From NCBI GenBank assembly GCA_010909165.1, contig VJWM01000011.1, positions 310,001 to 374,000 on the forward strand: a stretch of DNA of 64,000 nucleotides, in the 5' to 3' direction. The stretch is from Anthoceros angustus (taxonomy: Eukaryota > Plantae > Anthocerotophyta). The notes under the pieces are model-generated. The model was not told the origin of the DNA. It ran no database searches and saw nothing but the letters and a program-made list of their open reading frames with translations. This document shows positions 23,701 to 34,800 of this stretch, piece by piece; the first letter of the stretch is position 1; each line of letters opens with the position of its first letter. A program made the translations under genes and the position numbers.

Positions 23701-25979
23701 CTCGGAATTCATCGAGGAATTCCTCCCGCAGGTTGAGTTTGTCAAGGTCGTTCAAGAAAAGCATGTCGCAGAAAATTGGTGATGACTTGGAAGGGGATTA
23801 CGAGACTTTGATCATCGATTTCGATGCCATGATGCCTGATGAGGAAGAACAGGTGCCCAGGCCTTCCTTTTGGCGGCTGCTTGCCCTCAATGGGACTGAG
23901 TGGAAGGAGGGTGCTCTGGGAGTCATTGGTGCCGTGGGCTTCGGGTTCGTGCAGCCAATATTTGCCTACATCATCGGAGGAATGATCCTGGCTTTCTACA
24001 AGCCAGTGAAAGGAGAGGCTCCCGACCTTCATCGACAGCACTCCGATTCTCTCAGGAAAGAAGTTCGGGCATACTTCGGCGTCTTCGTCGGGCTCACCTT
24101 CCTCTCCCTCTTGGTCAACATCATGCAGCACTACTATTTCGCTGCCATGGGCGAGCAGCTTACGAAGAAGATCCGCTCAAAGATGCTCACCAAATTGCTC
24201 CAATTTGAAGTGGGATGGTTTGATCTCGACAGGAATTCTAGTGGTGCTGTTTGTGCCAGATTGAATACCGATGCAAACCAGGTAATGCCCACAAACTGTG
24301 CCATCGACTCTCGCACTCGTTTGCTTTCACCGGTCCTGTCAGAAACGAAGCATGTTGATCAAAAGCTTACTGTCTTTTGCCTTGGCTTGCTCAGGTCCGC
24401 TCTCTGGTGGGAGACAGGATATCGCTGCTGGTCCAAACAGCCAGCTCGATTCTTGTCAGTTTCATCATCGGTCTGGTCGTGTCTTGGCGGCTTGCTGCAG
24501 TGCTGATTGCCATCCAGCCCTTGATGATCTTTTGCTACTCTGCCAAGAAAATTTTCCTGGGACGATTTGCTGCTGAAGCTGCTCAAGCGCAGGCAGATGC
24601 TAGTCAGGTGAGAATTTGCAGACCTCGTGAATGGTCATGGTCTTCGACATGACCATGCTCTTCTTAACTTTAGGAAGTATTTGCACACGCCACCTCCTTC
24701 ACTCCTAACACTTCGTGCTGGCCTTTCATGGACAGGTCGCTGCGGAAGCGGTTGGTCAACTCCGAACTGTGGCAGCCTACTCTTCTCAAGACAAAGTCCT
24801 AGCTCTTTTCGACAAGAAGCTTGAAATTCCCAAGAAGCAAATAAACAAGCGGTCTCAGATTGCCGGAATTGGGCTCGGTGCGGCGGTCTTCATCATGTAC
24901 TCTTCGTGGGCGTTAGCTTATTGGTATGGCGGGCAGTTGCTGAGCAAAGGGCAAGTGCAGTTTCAAGACTTCTTCCGGACTTTCTTCGTATTGGTGTCCT
25001 CCGGACGAATTTTGGCAGAAGCGGGCAATTTGTCTCCAGATTTGGCCAAGGGAAGTCAAGCAGTGGCTTCTGTGTTCGAAATATTGGACAGGGAAACTGA
25101 AATTGACGCTGACAGCGAGAAGGGTGAGAAGCCAACCAAGGTTGCCGGGGTCATCGAGCTGATTGATGTGGATTTTGCCTACCCCAGCAGGCCTTATGTG
25201 ATGGTCTTCAAAAAGTTCAACCTGAAAATCAGACAAGGCAAGACAGTGGCCATGGTTGGACACAGTGGTTCTGGCAAGTCAACAATCATTGGGCTTATCG
25301 AGAGGTTTTATGACCCTCTGAATGGAAGAGTATTGATCGACAACAAAGAGATCAAGAGCTACAACCTGATGGCTTTGAGAAAGTTTATCGGGCTTGTAAG
25401 CCAAGAACCCGCCCTGTTTGCCACCACTATCAAAGAAAACATCTCATATGGATCGGACAACTGCACTGAGGCAGAAGTCATTGAAGCCGCTAAGGCAGCA
25501 AATGCCCACAACTTCATCAGGTAATGTCTTCTAAACGGAACATGTTCTGGCCCTCATGAGAACGTGGTTGATAACTGACACTAACGACGCTTGTGCTTGG
25601 CTCTTACAGTGGTCTGCCGGATGGCTACGAAACTTTCTGTGGGGAAAGGGGACTCCAGCTGTCAGGAGGGCAAAAGCAGAGAATAGCGATTGCCCGAGCC
25701 ATGCTCAAGAACCCGTCGATTCTGCTTCTGGATGAGGCAACAAGCGCCTTGGATGCGGAGTCTGAGCGGGTTGTGCAGGATGCCTTGGACAAGATGATGG
25801 CCGGCAGAACGACAGTAGTGGTGGCCCATCGGCTGGCAACCATCCAAAACGCAGACACGATAGCCGTGATCTCAGATGGAGCCATTCTGGAGAAGGGCAC
25901 CCACAAGGAGCTTCTTGCCAAGGGCGAAGCAGGGGCTTACTACGCCCTTGTACAACTGCAGAACAGGGGTGGCGCTTGA
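20723..25979 (+). CDS. ABCB: Full-size ABCB (P-glycoprotein/MDR) transporter, multi-exon
   Basis: TMD-NBD-TMD-NBD layout. Motifs are [14 protein letters not shown] and [30 protein letters not shown], Walker [10 protein letters not shown] and GHSGSGKST, and [14 protein letters not shown] and [15 protein letters not shown] twice. Stop TGA at 25977-25979. Confidence 0.97.
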
Positions 25980-26959
25980 TGTGGGATGGTCGCCTTCATC
26001 AGGTTTGTGAAAATCAGGTCTGTGAGTTTGGGTCGATCAAGCCATGATCCTCACCTCCTATCTTACGCAACGTTAAGATCACAGGTATGCAAGTCCTTCA
26101 GAGGGGTGTTCGAGCAAGCAGAAAAGCTGTTTGCCTCGTGGTGAAGTTTCCAGCCCCCTGGCTTCCGCCGAGTAACCAGTTTTGAGACACCCGGGAACCG
26201 GCAAGATCAGGACCATCCAGAGATGACTTGTGTTCGATATATGTGGTAATCCCGTCAATAGCGTCTCTGTACAGTTCCTTCGTCTTCGTGCACTGTCTCC
26301 GGCCAGATGTGCGCTAAAGTGAAAGCCTAAGTGCAGAGTGGCAAAGGCTTTAGCACAAGAGTTAATCAGCTAAGCTATGAAAACCTGTTCCAGCCACGAT
26401 TGTGAAACGTAGCAGACTTCCCGTCCTCACAGTGGTCACGGAAGTGTAGGGTCTGTTGGGAGGGACGATTCTCCCTCTGTACGATTGACAGGCAATCATA
26501 TGGTCCATCACCTGTAGCCAACTTCTCCCCTCATTTCCCTTTTCGCTGTTGGACAAAGGGATGCATCGTGGACCTTTCAGTAGCACTCCTCGGATCCAAG
26601 CATTTATCAATTTGCGTTGTGGACAATCAGGGCTGTTGTGAGTAGTTACACGACCTCCTTAGTCACACACATGCAAGCCTCAATTACACGTATTGTACAC
26701 ACACAGATTTGGGCAACCCATAATGCAATGCACTGCAATGCAATGTGCAATTGCAGAGCATCGTGTCACGTCGCTTGTCTGCCTATGTATTTTATTGGTT
26801 TTGCATCGCTGAGGATGAGTGTGCTTGTGCACACATATGCTTTTGAGCTAGCGATGCAGCAGTGCAGGAGGTTATGGGCATGAAACCCGCTGGCGTGCAA
26901 GCTTACTGGTTAGCTTACCTCTTGTCAGGGGTCATCATGTTCACGCTTCGTATCAGCGC

Positions 26960-29900
26960 ATGATGGGTGCTCGCTTCAGAAATCTGGGGAAGTTGATGAG
27001 GGTCAGGCTGAAAGCGGGAGAAGCCTCTACTGTGACTTTGACTGTGAGTACCGGACAACTTCACTGACGTCTTCTGTTCCTTCACATTTGTTCTCGCATT
27101 ATAAATGATATGGGAACAACTGGCGCAGATGGCTCAACGACGAAGCAGTGATGACCTTGACAAGCTGCTCAGCCAAGAAGTGAAGGCAGGGACGGAGAGC
27201 TCAAGGATACCTGATGCTGCTCATAGGTCGCTTCTATCACCAGGGTATTCAGAAAGGTGTGGTCAGCATCCTCCCTTTTTCTGCACAAACGCCCGCCAAG
27301 AAGGCTTGCATCTTTTTACTATTCCTGTTCTCTGCTACGCTTCAGGACACTGAAAAAGGTGCAGAGGCTGATGCATGAGGCGATATACATGAGAAACACT
27401 GATATGCCTGACTTGACTCTTGGCCAGCTGAGAGAGGTGGATCTTTTTAACTTCAAACCTTGTTGTGAGGTATGCCATCGAGAGTATGAAAGGGGTGGTT
27501 AGGATTTGTTACTGACTGTGGATTTCTGACTGCCCCTGTGTAGGAGTATTTGCGGCTTGATACAGAAAACCGGCGACATGCTTTGATCGTGCTTGCCACT
27601 CAATTTGGAGTCGATAGGAACAGGCTGCTGGATCTTATGAACCACTATTTAGCCTTATCTGCTGGTCAGGGCTGCTGTAGTTTTCTTTGTTTGAGAGGTT
27701 GCACGTGCATTAGGCTTGGTCCTGATGGATTTCCTTTCATTGCCATGAGTAAGCAGATGGTGTTGAGAGTGATGCAAAAGAGGCAGAAGGTAGTGATAGC
27801 AGACTGGCTGCACAGTATCGTGTGGAGCGAGATTTGAGATCAGCACTTTTGCCACTATCGGCCAGACTCTTTGAACAGCTCAATGCCCAGGCAGGGGGCT
27901 TGAAGTTCCTAGTTGATCTTCGAGCAGACTTGTTATCGTCTATCAAGTACGCTTCCTTGCATCCTCTGCGCTGAACCTTCTTTGTAACAGGTACATGTTT
28001 CCTTGAAGTGTAATTGTTGTCATTCTTCCGTGGCTAAATCCAAGCCCTGGTCCAAAATGCTCCACCTCTGCAGTTGACTGACCTTAAGCCTTGTATGTCC
28101 GCAGCCTGATCATTTTTAAGAGTTAGACTATCATGGGTTTAGTTGAAGTAGATACTGCAATTGTGATTGATCACATATGCTGACGTGCAAGATCAACTGC
28201 TGTGCTACTCCCGATGCCAACTTTAGATGTGGGATCTGTTGAAACAGGGAGCAAAACTTGGCATCCTTGCGAGCACTGGATACTGATCTGAGGGGGATGT
28301 TTGGGACATGGTTGGGCCCTGCCTGCCTGGAGCTGGAACAAATCACGTGGAACAGCCCAGCCGGGTTGCTTGAAAAAATTGTTGCTTACGAGGCATGTGA
28401 TTTGAACCACACTTGCAATGTATGCCATCTGCTTGATCTTTTCTTACGTGTGGAGCGTTCCGTTTCCTCACAGGCTGTACACCCCATCAGCAACCTCCAT
28501 GACTTAAAGCGCCGACTTGGTGCAGGCCGCAGATGCTTTGGCTATTTCCATGCAGCATTGCCAGGTGTGGCATCATCAGCAAATATAAAATCGTCGTCTC
28601 AGTCTTCCTCGTTTATGTAGCAACTCAGCAGGGACATGCGCAACTGCTAGCACATTGCTTAGGGGAATGTATCGTTCTTCTTATGATAGTTCTGCTTCAT
28701 GCTACACGTTGACAGCGTCTATTTGCTTCAGGTGAACCTCTGGTGTTCATCGAAGTGGCACTGTATGACAAGATCGTAGGCTCTATACAGGTATCTTCTT
28801 GTCTAGCACCAGTCTCGCCAGGATGTAGCTGCCAATCAATTCAAAAGGTGATGTGGGTGGGTTGCATGTAGGAAGTGCTCTTTGATGAAAACCCAATCGA
28901 AGAGTCTGGCGCAACTACTGCCATGTTTTATTCCATATCATCAACTCAGGTATCCCCCGGGACCCCTCTACCTTCCTCAACAAAGCACACAAGGGAGCTT
29001 TCCCATGTTCTGTTTGATAGGTATTGCTGGATGGAACACTTTGCAGTCTTACAAGTTCCTGACACTCCATGACAGCCAGGTCTTGCAGGAATAGAGCTTG
29101 GAACTTTCCTTATCAAACGTGTTGTCCGTCTACTTCAACAGGAGATGACCCACATAGAGGTATATCTCACCTAGTCTCACTCAGTGTGCACACTTTTGTT
29201 TTTGCAGGGAATATCAGCACTTAAGCTTCTTGGGTTGGCAGACGTTTGTCACGTTAAGCCCTATTCCAGATTTCATGCAATGGTTGCTGCCAAAACTGGC
29301 GTCTCAACTCCAAGACAAAGCTGACTCTGGTGACAAAGACAATATATTGCTGCCTTCGGAAGAAAAGGCCGTTGTTGAAGCTGTTGGGTAAGCTACCGTG
29401 GTCTCAAACATTCTACGTCAGGCGTAGGTAATTAGTTGAGAAGTCAAGCTCAAGAGCATCTGCTGAAGTGTGACCATTCACATACTAGTCTTTATGCACC
29501 GCAGACAGGATGTGAAGGACCAGAGTGCATCAAGTGTGCTATTCGGGCTGTTGTCATCGTCCGATCATAGCTGGTCAAAGTCACCAACGTTAACGGAAGT
29601 ATTACGAGGCCCTCTGATGCGGCTATGTGCAAGGCAAGTCATGTGCAACATAGCGTTCTGCCTTACGGTCGCAGTAGTCCATTCTCATGTCAAGAAGTGG
29701 GGTTTTGCAGATATTTACTTCAAGAGAAGAAGCGAGGAAGAGCTCTAGATCCTGTGACCAACTTCCACGTTCGAAATGGAGCTGTAAGTCTTGCTTGCTC
29801 GAGTGTTTCTTGTCAACCGGGAAGTCTGCTGACTTGTCTGCATCCCTTTCGTTGGCCAGTGTGTCGAAAGGCTAAACTGGATGGGTGACACATCAAACAA

Positions 29901-30138
29901 AGGTCTCGAGGCCAGTGCCGGCTTAATGGTGAACTATTTATACAGGTACATATGATGCACATGGAGTTCACTGTCCAAACTGTGACTTGTCATGTGGATT
30001 AGTGGTTATTCTGAAATGTGCTCCTGGAGGTGCAGGTTGGAAAAAATCGAAGCTAACAACCAAGCATACGTAAGCAAAGGCACTATCGACGTTTCACCGG
30101 CTGTGCAACTTTACCTTCAGCAGTCTTCTGAACCTTGA
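26960..30138 (+). CDS. MCD: Malonyl-CoA decarboxylase (multi-exon)
   Basis: Exon peptides NLGKLMRVRLK, LKRRLGAGRRCFGYFHAALP, EPLVFIEVAL, TAMFYSISSTQ, GLAGIELGTFLIKRVV, TLSPIPDF, ALDPVTNFHVRNGA, LNWMGDTSNKG and GLMVNYLY. The start codon is inferred. Confidence 0.92.
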
Positions 30139-30918
30139 TAAACATTTGGGGACATTTCAGAGTGTTGTGTGTCGTGTATCTCATGGCGACCTGTCGCCCT
30201 AAATCAAGCAGGCACGTTTGCCTCTTCAATCAGGCCGGGCCCATAGAGCTCGCAAGATGAGAAGATCAGTGTTTCATGTGATTCACTTGGAGAACGTTTT
30301 GTTTCTAATTGACGATAGGATATGGTCTCTTATTAGGAGCTGGTTGCTGCCAGCCTGCTTGACACCTCCAGCATCCTACAACCTGCCCATTTGTGAACCT
30401 GAATTCCTTTGCACAGTCTGCAACAAAAACGAGTTCCAGACGGCCGGTTACATCACTTCTTTCTTCATTCCAGTAGCCACCAAACTAAGTCTGCAAGACT
30501 GTAAATTCCCGGCCGAACTGCGTGGAGGCTAACCAGTCCACCTTGCAACATGCTTCGGATTTTTAGCTGTGTTGCAGTTGATAGATCATGTTGCAAAAAT
30601 CAAGGCTGGAACTGGGCTCAATTTGGTGCCTGGCACGCTCCCTGCGTCTTTCCACGGTTGGAGGCAGCTGGCATGGTGAAGATCGTGCAATAGTTTGTGG
30701 AGAATTCCTGGTTCCTAGTTCGCTCATCGGAGTATTGGTGTAGTCTCTCTGGCTTTTGACAAGCGCTTCAGCTGCAGCACGAAGAGGAGGTTCGTCGGAG
30801 ACGACTTGTGTCTTTTTGTCACTCCACAGAGTCTTTCAGGACCGAAACAACAAGATGAGATGATGGAATGGCAAGTGGACAGTCCTGCCTGGCAGCACCG
30901 TAAGCGTGGGTATTGTCA

Positions 30919-33363
30919 ATGGCAGGAATTGGTGGAACCCTTTTCTCTCCGATGCGGAATCTCCAGATTGGAAATTCTGCAGAGTGCAAACTCCCCAGAG
31001 TCGGAATTTCAGCTTGCCTAGTGGACAATGTACGTCTGAATGAGATTCAAGAATGGAACCACAAGCTCCAGGGGGTGGAGGGAAGCAAGTACACAATTGT
31101 CCGTCTAATCAAGGATTGTGGAAACACAGGAGACCTTGAGCAAGCAAACCGTCTCTACGCGCACATTGTGAAGCATGGGTATGAAGATGACCTGTATGTC
31201 GGAAACACCTTGGTGAATATGTATTTCAAGTGCGGAAGCAGTGTGGCTGCGCAAGATGTGTTTGACAACATGCCTCAGAGGGATGTGGTTTCATGGACAG
31301 CCATCATTGCAGGATATGTTCAACAAGAGCAAGCTGGTATAGCTCTGGAGCTCTATGGGCAAATGCAGGAAGACGGTGTAAGGCCTAATGACCGAACGTT
31401 TGTTAGCTTAATCAAAGCTTGTGCAAGCCTTGCTGCCAGGGAGACAGGCATGCTGGTGGACGGGCGTATTGTCAAAGTGGACATACTGCAAAAGGGCAAG
31501 CTCATACATGCGCAAGCAGCTGAAATGGGTTATGCATCAGACACATTCGTTGGCAACACGTTGGTGGATATGTATTCCAAGTGCGGAAGCATCGTGAATG
31601 CCCGGTCTGTGTTTGATGCGTTGTCCCCACGCAACGTTGTAGCGTGGACTGCTATGATGGCAGGATATGCTCAGCAAGAGCAGGGTGACGTAGCTCTGCA
31701 GCTCTATTCTCAAATGCAGCAAGAAGGTGTGAGGCCTCAGGCTAGATGCTTTGTGAGCTTGCTCAAGGGTTGTGCTAGTCTGGCTTCAGGGGAGCAGAGG
31801 ACACTTGTGGATGGGCGAGACATCAAGGCAGGGTCACTGGGAATGGGCAAGCTTTTGCACTGGGACATAATCAGGATGGGGTTTCAGCTGGATGCATTTG
31901 TTGGTACTTCTCTCATTCACATGTATGCAAAGTGTGGAAGCATGATCGATGCACGGTGTGTGTTTGACACACTGCCCCAATGCAACGTGGCAGCCTGGAA
32001 TGCAATGATTGCGGGGTACGTGATGCAGAATCTGGGCGAAGAGGCTTTGCACATTTTTTCTCAGATGCAGCAGTGCAATGTCATCCCTGATGAGTGGACG
32101 CTTGTGAGCTCGCTAAAAGCATGTGGCCTTGTGGCTGGTGAGGAGAAGGAGACCCTTGTAAACTACCATTTACTGAAAGTAGGCGCCCTGCAGACAGGCA
32201 AGTGGATCCACGCTGAAGCTTTGAGACTTGGTTGTTGCTCAGATATGTTCATTGGTAACACTCTGGTGCACATGTATGCAACCTGTGGAAGCATCGCCGA
32301 TGCACGACAAGTGTTCGACTCTCTGTCCCATCGAAATCTAGTATCATGGAATGCTATGCTTGCAGGATATGCTGAGCAAGACCAGTATGAAAAGGCTGTG
32401 CAATTGTATGCCCAGATGCAACATTCTGGGGTGAGGCCTGACGAGGCGACCTTTCTGAGCATCTTAAAGGTTTGCTGCAGCACAGGAGCTCTGAAGATGT
32501 GCTTTGGGATCCATCAGGCTATTGCTGAAACTGGTCTGCAAGCCAGTCTGCGATTGGCAAACACTCTCGTTCATGCATACGGGAAATGTGGCAGCATGGT
32601 GGATGCGAGGAGCTTGTTTGATTCCATACCCGAACACAATGTGGTGTCATGGACAGCACTGATTGCCGGGTATGCCCGGGGAGGTGATTGTGAGATGGCC
32701 TTACAATGCCTGGAAGAAATGCAGCTAGCCGGTATGCAGCCAGATTCAGTGACATTTGTGTCCCTGCTGTCTGCTTGTAGTCATGCCGGCATGGTGGACA
32801 AAGGTGTGGAGTTGTTTGAATGCATGGGCAAAGATTTTGGCATCTCGGCAACACCAGAGCATTATGTTAGCATGGTTGATCTACTGGGACGTGCAGGGCT
32901 TTTGTGTGAAGCAGAAGAGATTATTTGCAAGATGCCCATGCGGCCCGATCGAAGAATGTGGTTATCATTGCTCGGGGCCTGCAGGAAACATGGCAACGTG
33001 GAGCTTGCACGACGTGCCTTTGATGAAGCTGTGAGCTTGGATATTAAACACTGCGCAGCGTATGGGCTCATGTCGAGTATATATGCTTATGCCCAAAGGT
33101 GGGATGATGTGAACGACATCGAGCAGCGGAGGGCTCGTGCGGGCGCTTGGAAGCAACCTGGCCAGAGTTGGGTTGAGCTCGCGGAAGAGATGCATATGTT
33201 CCTGGTAGGAGATGAAAGCCACAGCCAGGGTCCGCAAGTCTATGCAGTGGTAGACGAGCTAACTTCGCAAATGAATTATATGGACTTGAACGATGTCATC
33301 CTCATCCCAGATCTTAGCCAAGAAGATGGAATTTCAACCAGAATTTCAACCAGACTGAGCTGA
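30919..33363 (+). CDS. PLS-class PPR protein, E+ type (no DYW), intronless; organellar RNA-editing specificity factor
   Basis: P-L-S repeats (VVSWTAIIAGY, FVGNTLVDMYSKCG), P2-L2-S2 (HYVSMVDLLGRAG), E1/E2, and PG box KQPGQSWVE...FLVGDESH, ending before the HxE/CxxC motifs. First in-frame ATG is at 30919. Confidence 0.95.
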   Translation: MAGIGGTLFSPMRNLQIGNSAECKLPRVGISACLVDNVRLNEIQEWNHKLQGVEGSKYTIVRLIKDCGNTGDLEQANRLYAHIVKHGYEDDLYVGNTLVNMYFKCGSSVAAQDVFDNMPQRDVVSWTAIIAGYVQQEQAGIALELYGQMQEDGVRPNDRTFVSLIKACASLAARETGMLVDGRIVKVDILQKGKLIHAQAAEMGYASDTFVGNTLVDMYSKCGSIVNARSVFDALSPRNVVAWTAMMAGYAQQEQGDVALQLYSQMQQEGVRPQARCFVSLLKGCASLASGEQRTLVDGRDIKAGSLGMGKLLHWDIIRMGFQLDAFVGTSLIHMYAKCGSMIDARCVFDTLPQCNVAAWNAMIAGYVMQNLGEEALHIFSQMQQCNVIPDEWTLVSSLKACGLVAGEEKETLVNYHLLKVGALQTGKWIHAEALRLGCCSDMFIGNTLVHMYATCGSIADARQVFDSLSHRNLVSWNAMLAGYAEQDQYEKAVQLYAQMQHSGVRPDEATFLSILKVCCSTGALKMCFGIHQAIAETGLQASLRLANTLVHAYGKCGSMVDARSLFDSIPEHNVVSWTALIAGYARGGDCEMALQCLEEMQLAGMQPDSVTFVSLLSACSHAGMVDKGVELFECMGKDFGISATPEHYVSMVDLLGRAGLLCEAEEIICKMPMRPDRRMWLSLLGACRKHGNVELARRAFDEAVSLDIKHCAAYGLMSSIYAYAQRWDDVNDIEQRRARAGAWKQPGQSWVELAEEMHMFLVGDESHSQGPQVYAVVDELTSQMNYMDLNDVILIPDLSQEDGISTRISTRLS

Positions 33364-33478
33364 GTTCCAAACACAAACAAGAATTCTTTGATAGTCTGCT
33401 CCGGAGCAGACAAGTACACAGGCAAGGCCTTGTGGTGCAAAATTTTCAATTCCTAAAACCCGAGTGATCATGAATAGT

Positions 33479-34256
33479 CTACTTTGGTGCAGCACCTGTG
33501 GGACGGGGTGCCCCTGGGCCGCCTGCTGGAGCAGGACGAGGTGGGCCATCCTCCTGCCACAGCCACAAACGAACAAAGGCCAGCATAAATCAGAAACCAG
33601 GAGATTTCCAAGTCTCACGGCTGGCAAGCACCAAATACTTCTCCTGCTGTTGTACCTTGCGCCTGTATCTCTGAGGGGGCTCACGAATACGACGAGCAGA
33701 CCGGGACCTCACCCGCACAACATGGGAATGGATGGCACAAGAGATGCAGTACTGCATCTTGGCATAAAGCTTAGGGAGCGTGTACTCTGCACAGACAAGA
33801 GAAAAGGTCAGGAAAACACGAACGACGGCCTGATCCCCAAGACTTGCAACCTAACCTATGCCAAACAAGTGGCGTCCAAGTGTAGAGAGCCCACGCTCAT
33901 AGACGCATGCTTCCTGCACATCACGCACGGCCGCTTGCTCTACGATGTTACGCACAAGAAACCGCTTCACAGCCTTATCCTGCACAGCACAGCAAAGCAC
34001 AGATCAACCAATCAGCACAAGGAACATCCGCCAGCTCCATCGGCAGCGAAAGCACTCAAATCAAACAATACTCACCTTGGGGACACAGCGGGCACAGTTG
34101 GAGCACCGGATAGGGTTCACATGGCCGCGGCCATGCTTGTTGCGGCCGCCGCTCCGTCGCTTGACCGTCTGCACAACATCTCCACGGTGAGTCTCACACA
34201 GAATCACTCACAACACAGCTTCCCTGATTCCAGAATCATCACACTCCGCTCACCAT
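33479..34256 (-). CDS. RPS26: 40S ribosomal protein S26 (eS26), 5 coding exons; the first contains only the ATG
   Basis: M|[31 protein letters not shown]|[28 protein letters not shown]|[27 protein letters not shown]...|...GAAPK*. Confidence 0.97.
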
Positions 34257-34800
34257 GGCTTCACTGAAGAAGCTCCGAGAACGGCCACAACCCACGGGGC
34301 GAGAAAGACGAAGAGGCTTGGTATTTCGCCTCTTGTTGATTTTGTTGCTTGTCGTTGTCTCTCTTGTGAGTGTAAATGAACCCTACACGGACACACACAT
34401 ATAGCCGAACGTCATAAAATACCGAGTTCAATGCAGTTTCGGTACCTTTCGAACTTGACAATTTCCCATAAGTACTTATCCGCATTAGGTGCCTAAGTAC
34501 TGGATGCGGATAGAAACTACCTATGAAAACGCATGCTTCCGATAAAAAATAAAATGAAACAAATTGATTGTGCAACCCAATTGTGTTGTTATGACGTGGT
34601 CTGCCCTAACGTCTAGGAGCCGGGAACTCCCAAGGGTGAAATTCTCCAAGCACGGGATCCTTGTGACACAGCAACGGAATCAACAGGAGAAACCCGAGTA
34701 ATCGAGAAGGAGAGAAGACCCTCGTAACAACAAGGAGGACAGGGTTCCTCTTGGTTCCATGGACATCCCAATCCATGGTTCCAAAACACCATCCCGGAGT

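Noticed and set aside
33464-34267. 267-aa plus-strand ORF
   Set aside because: It is the antisense shadow of the spliced RPS26 gene.
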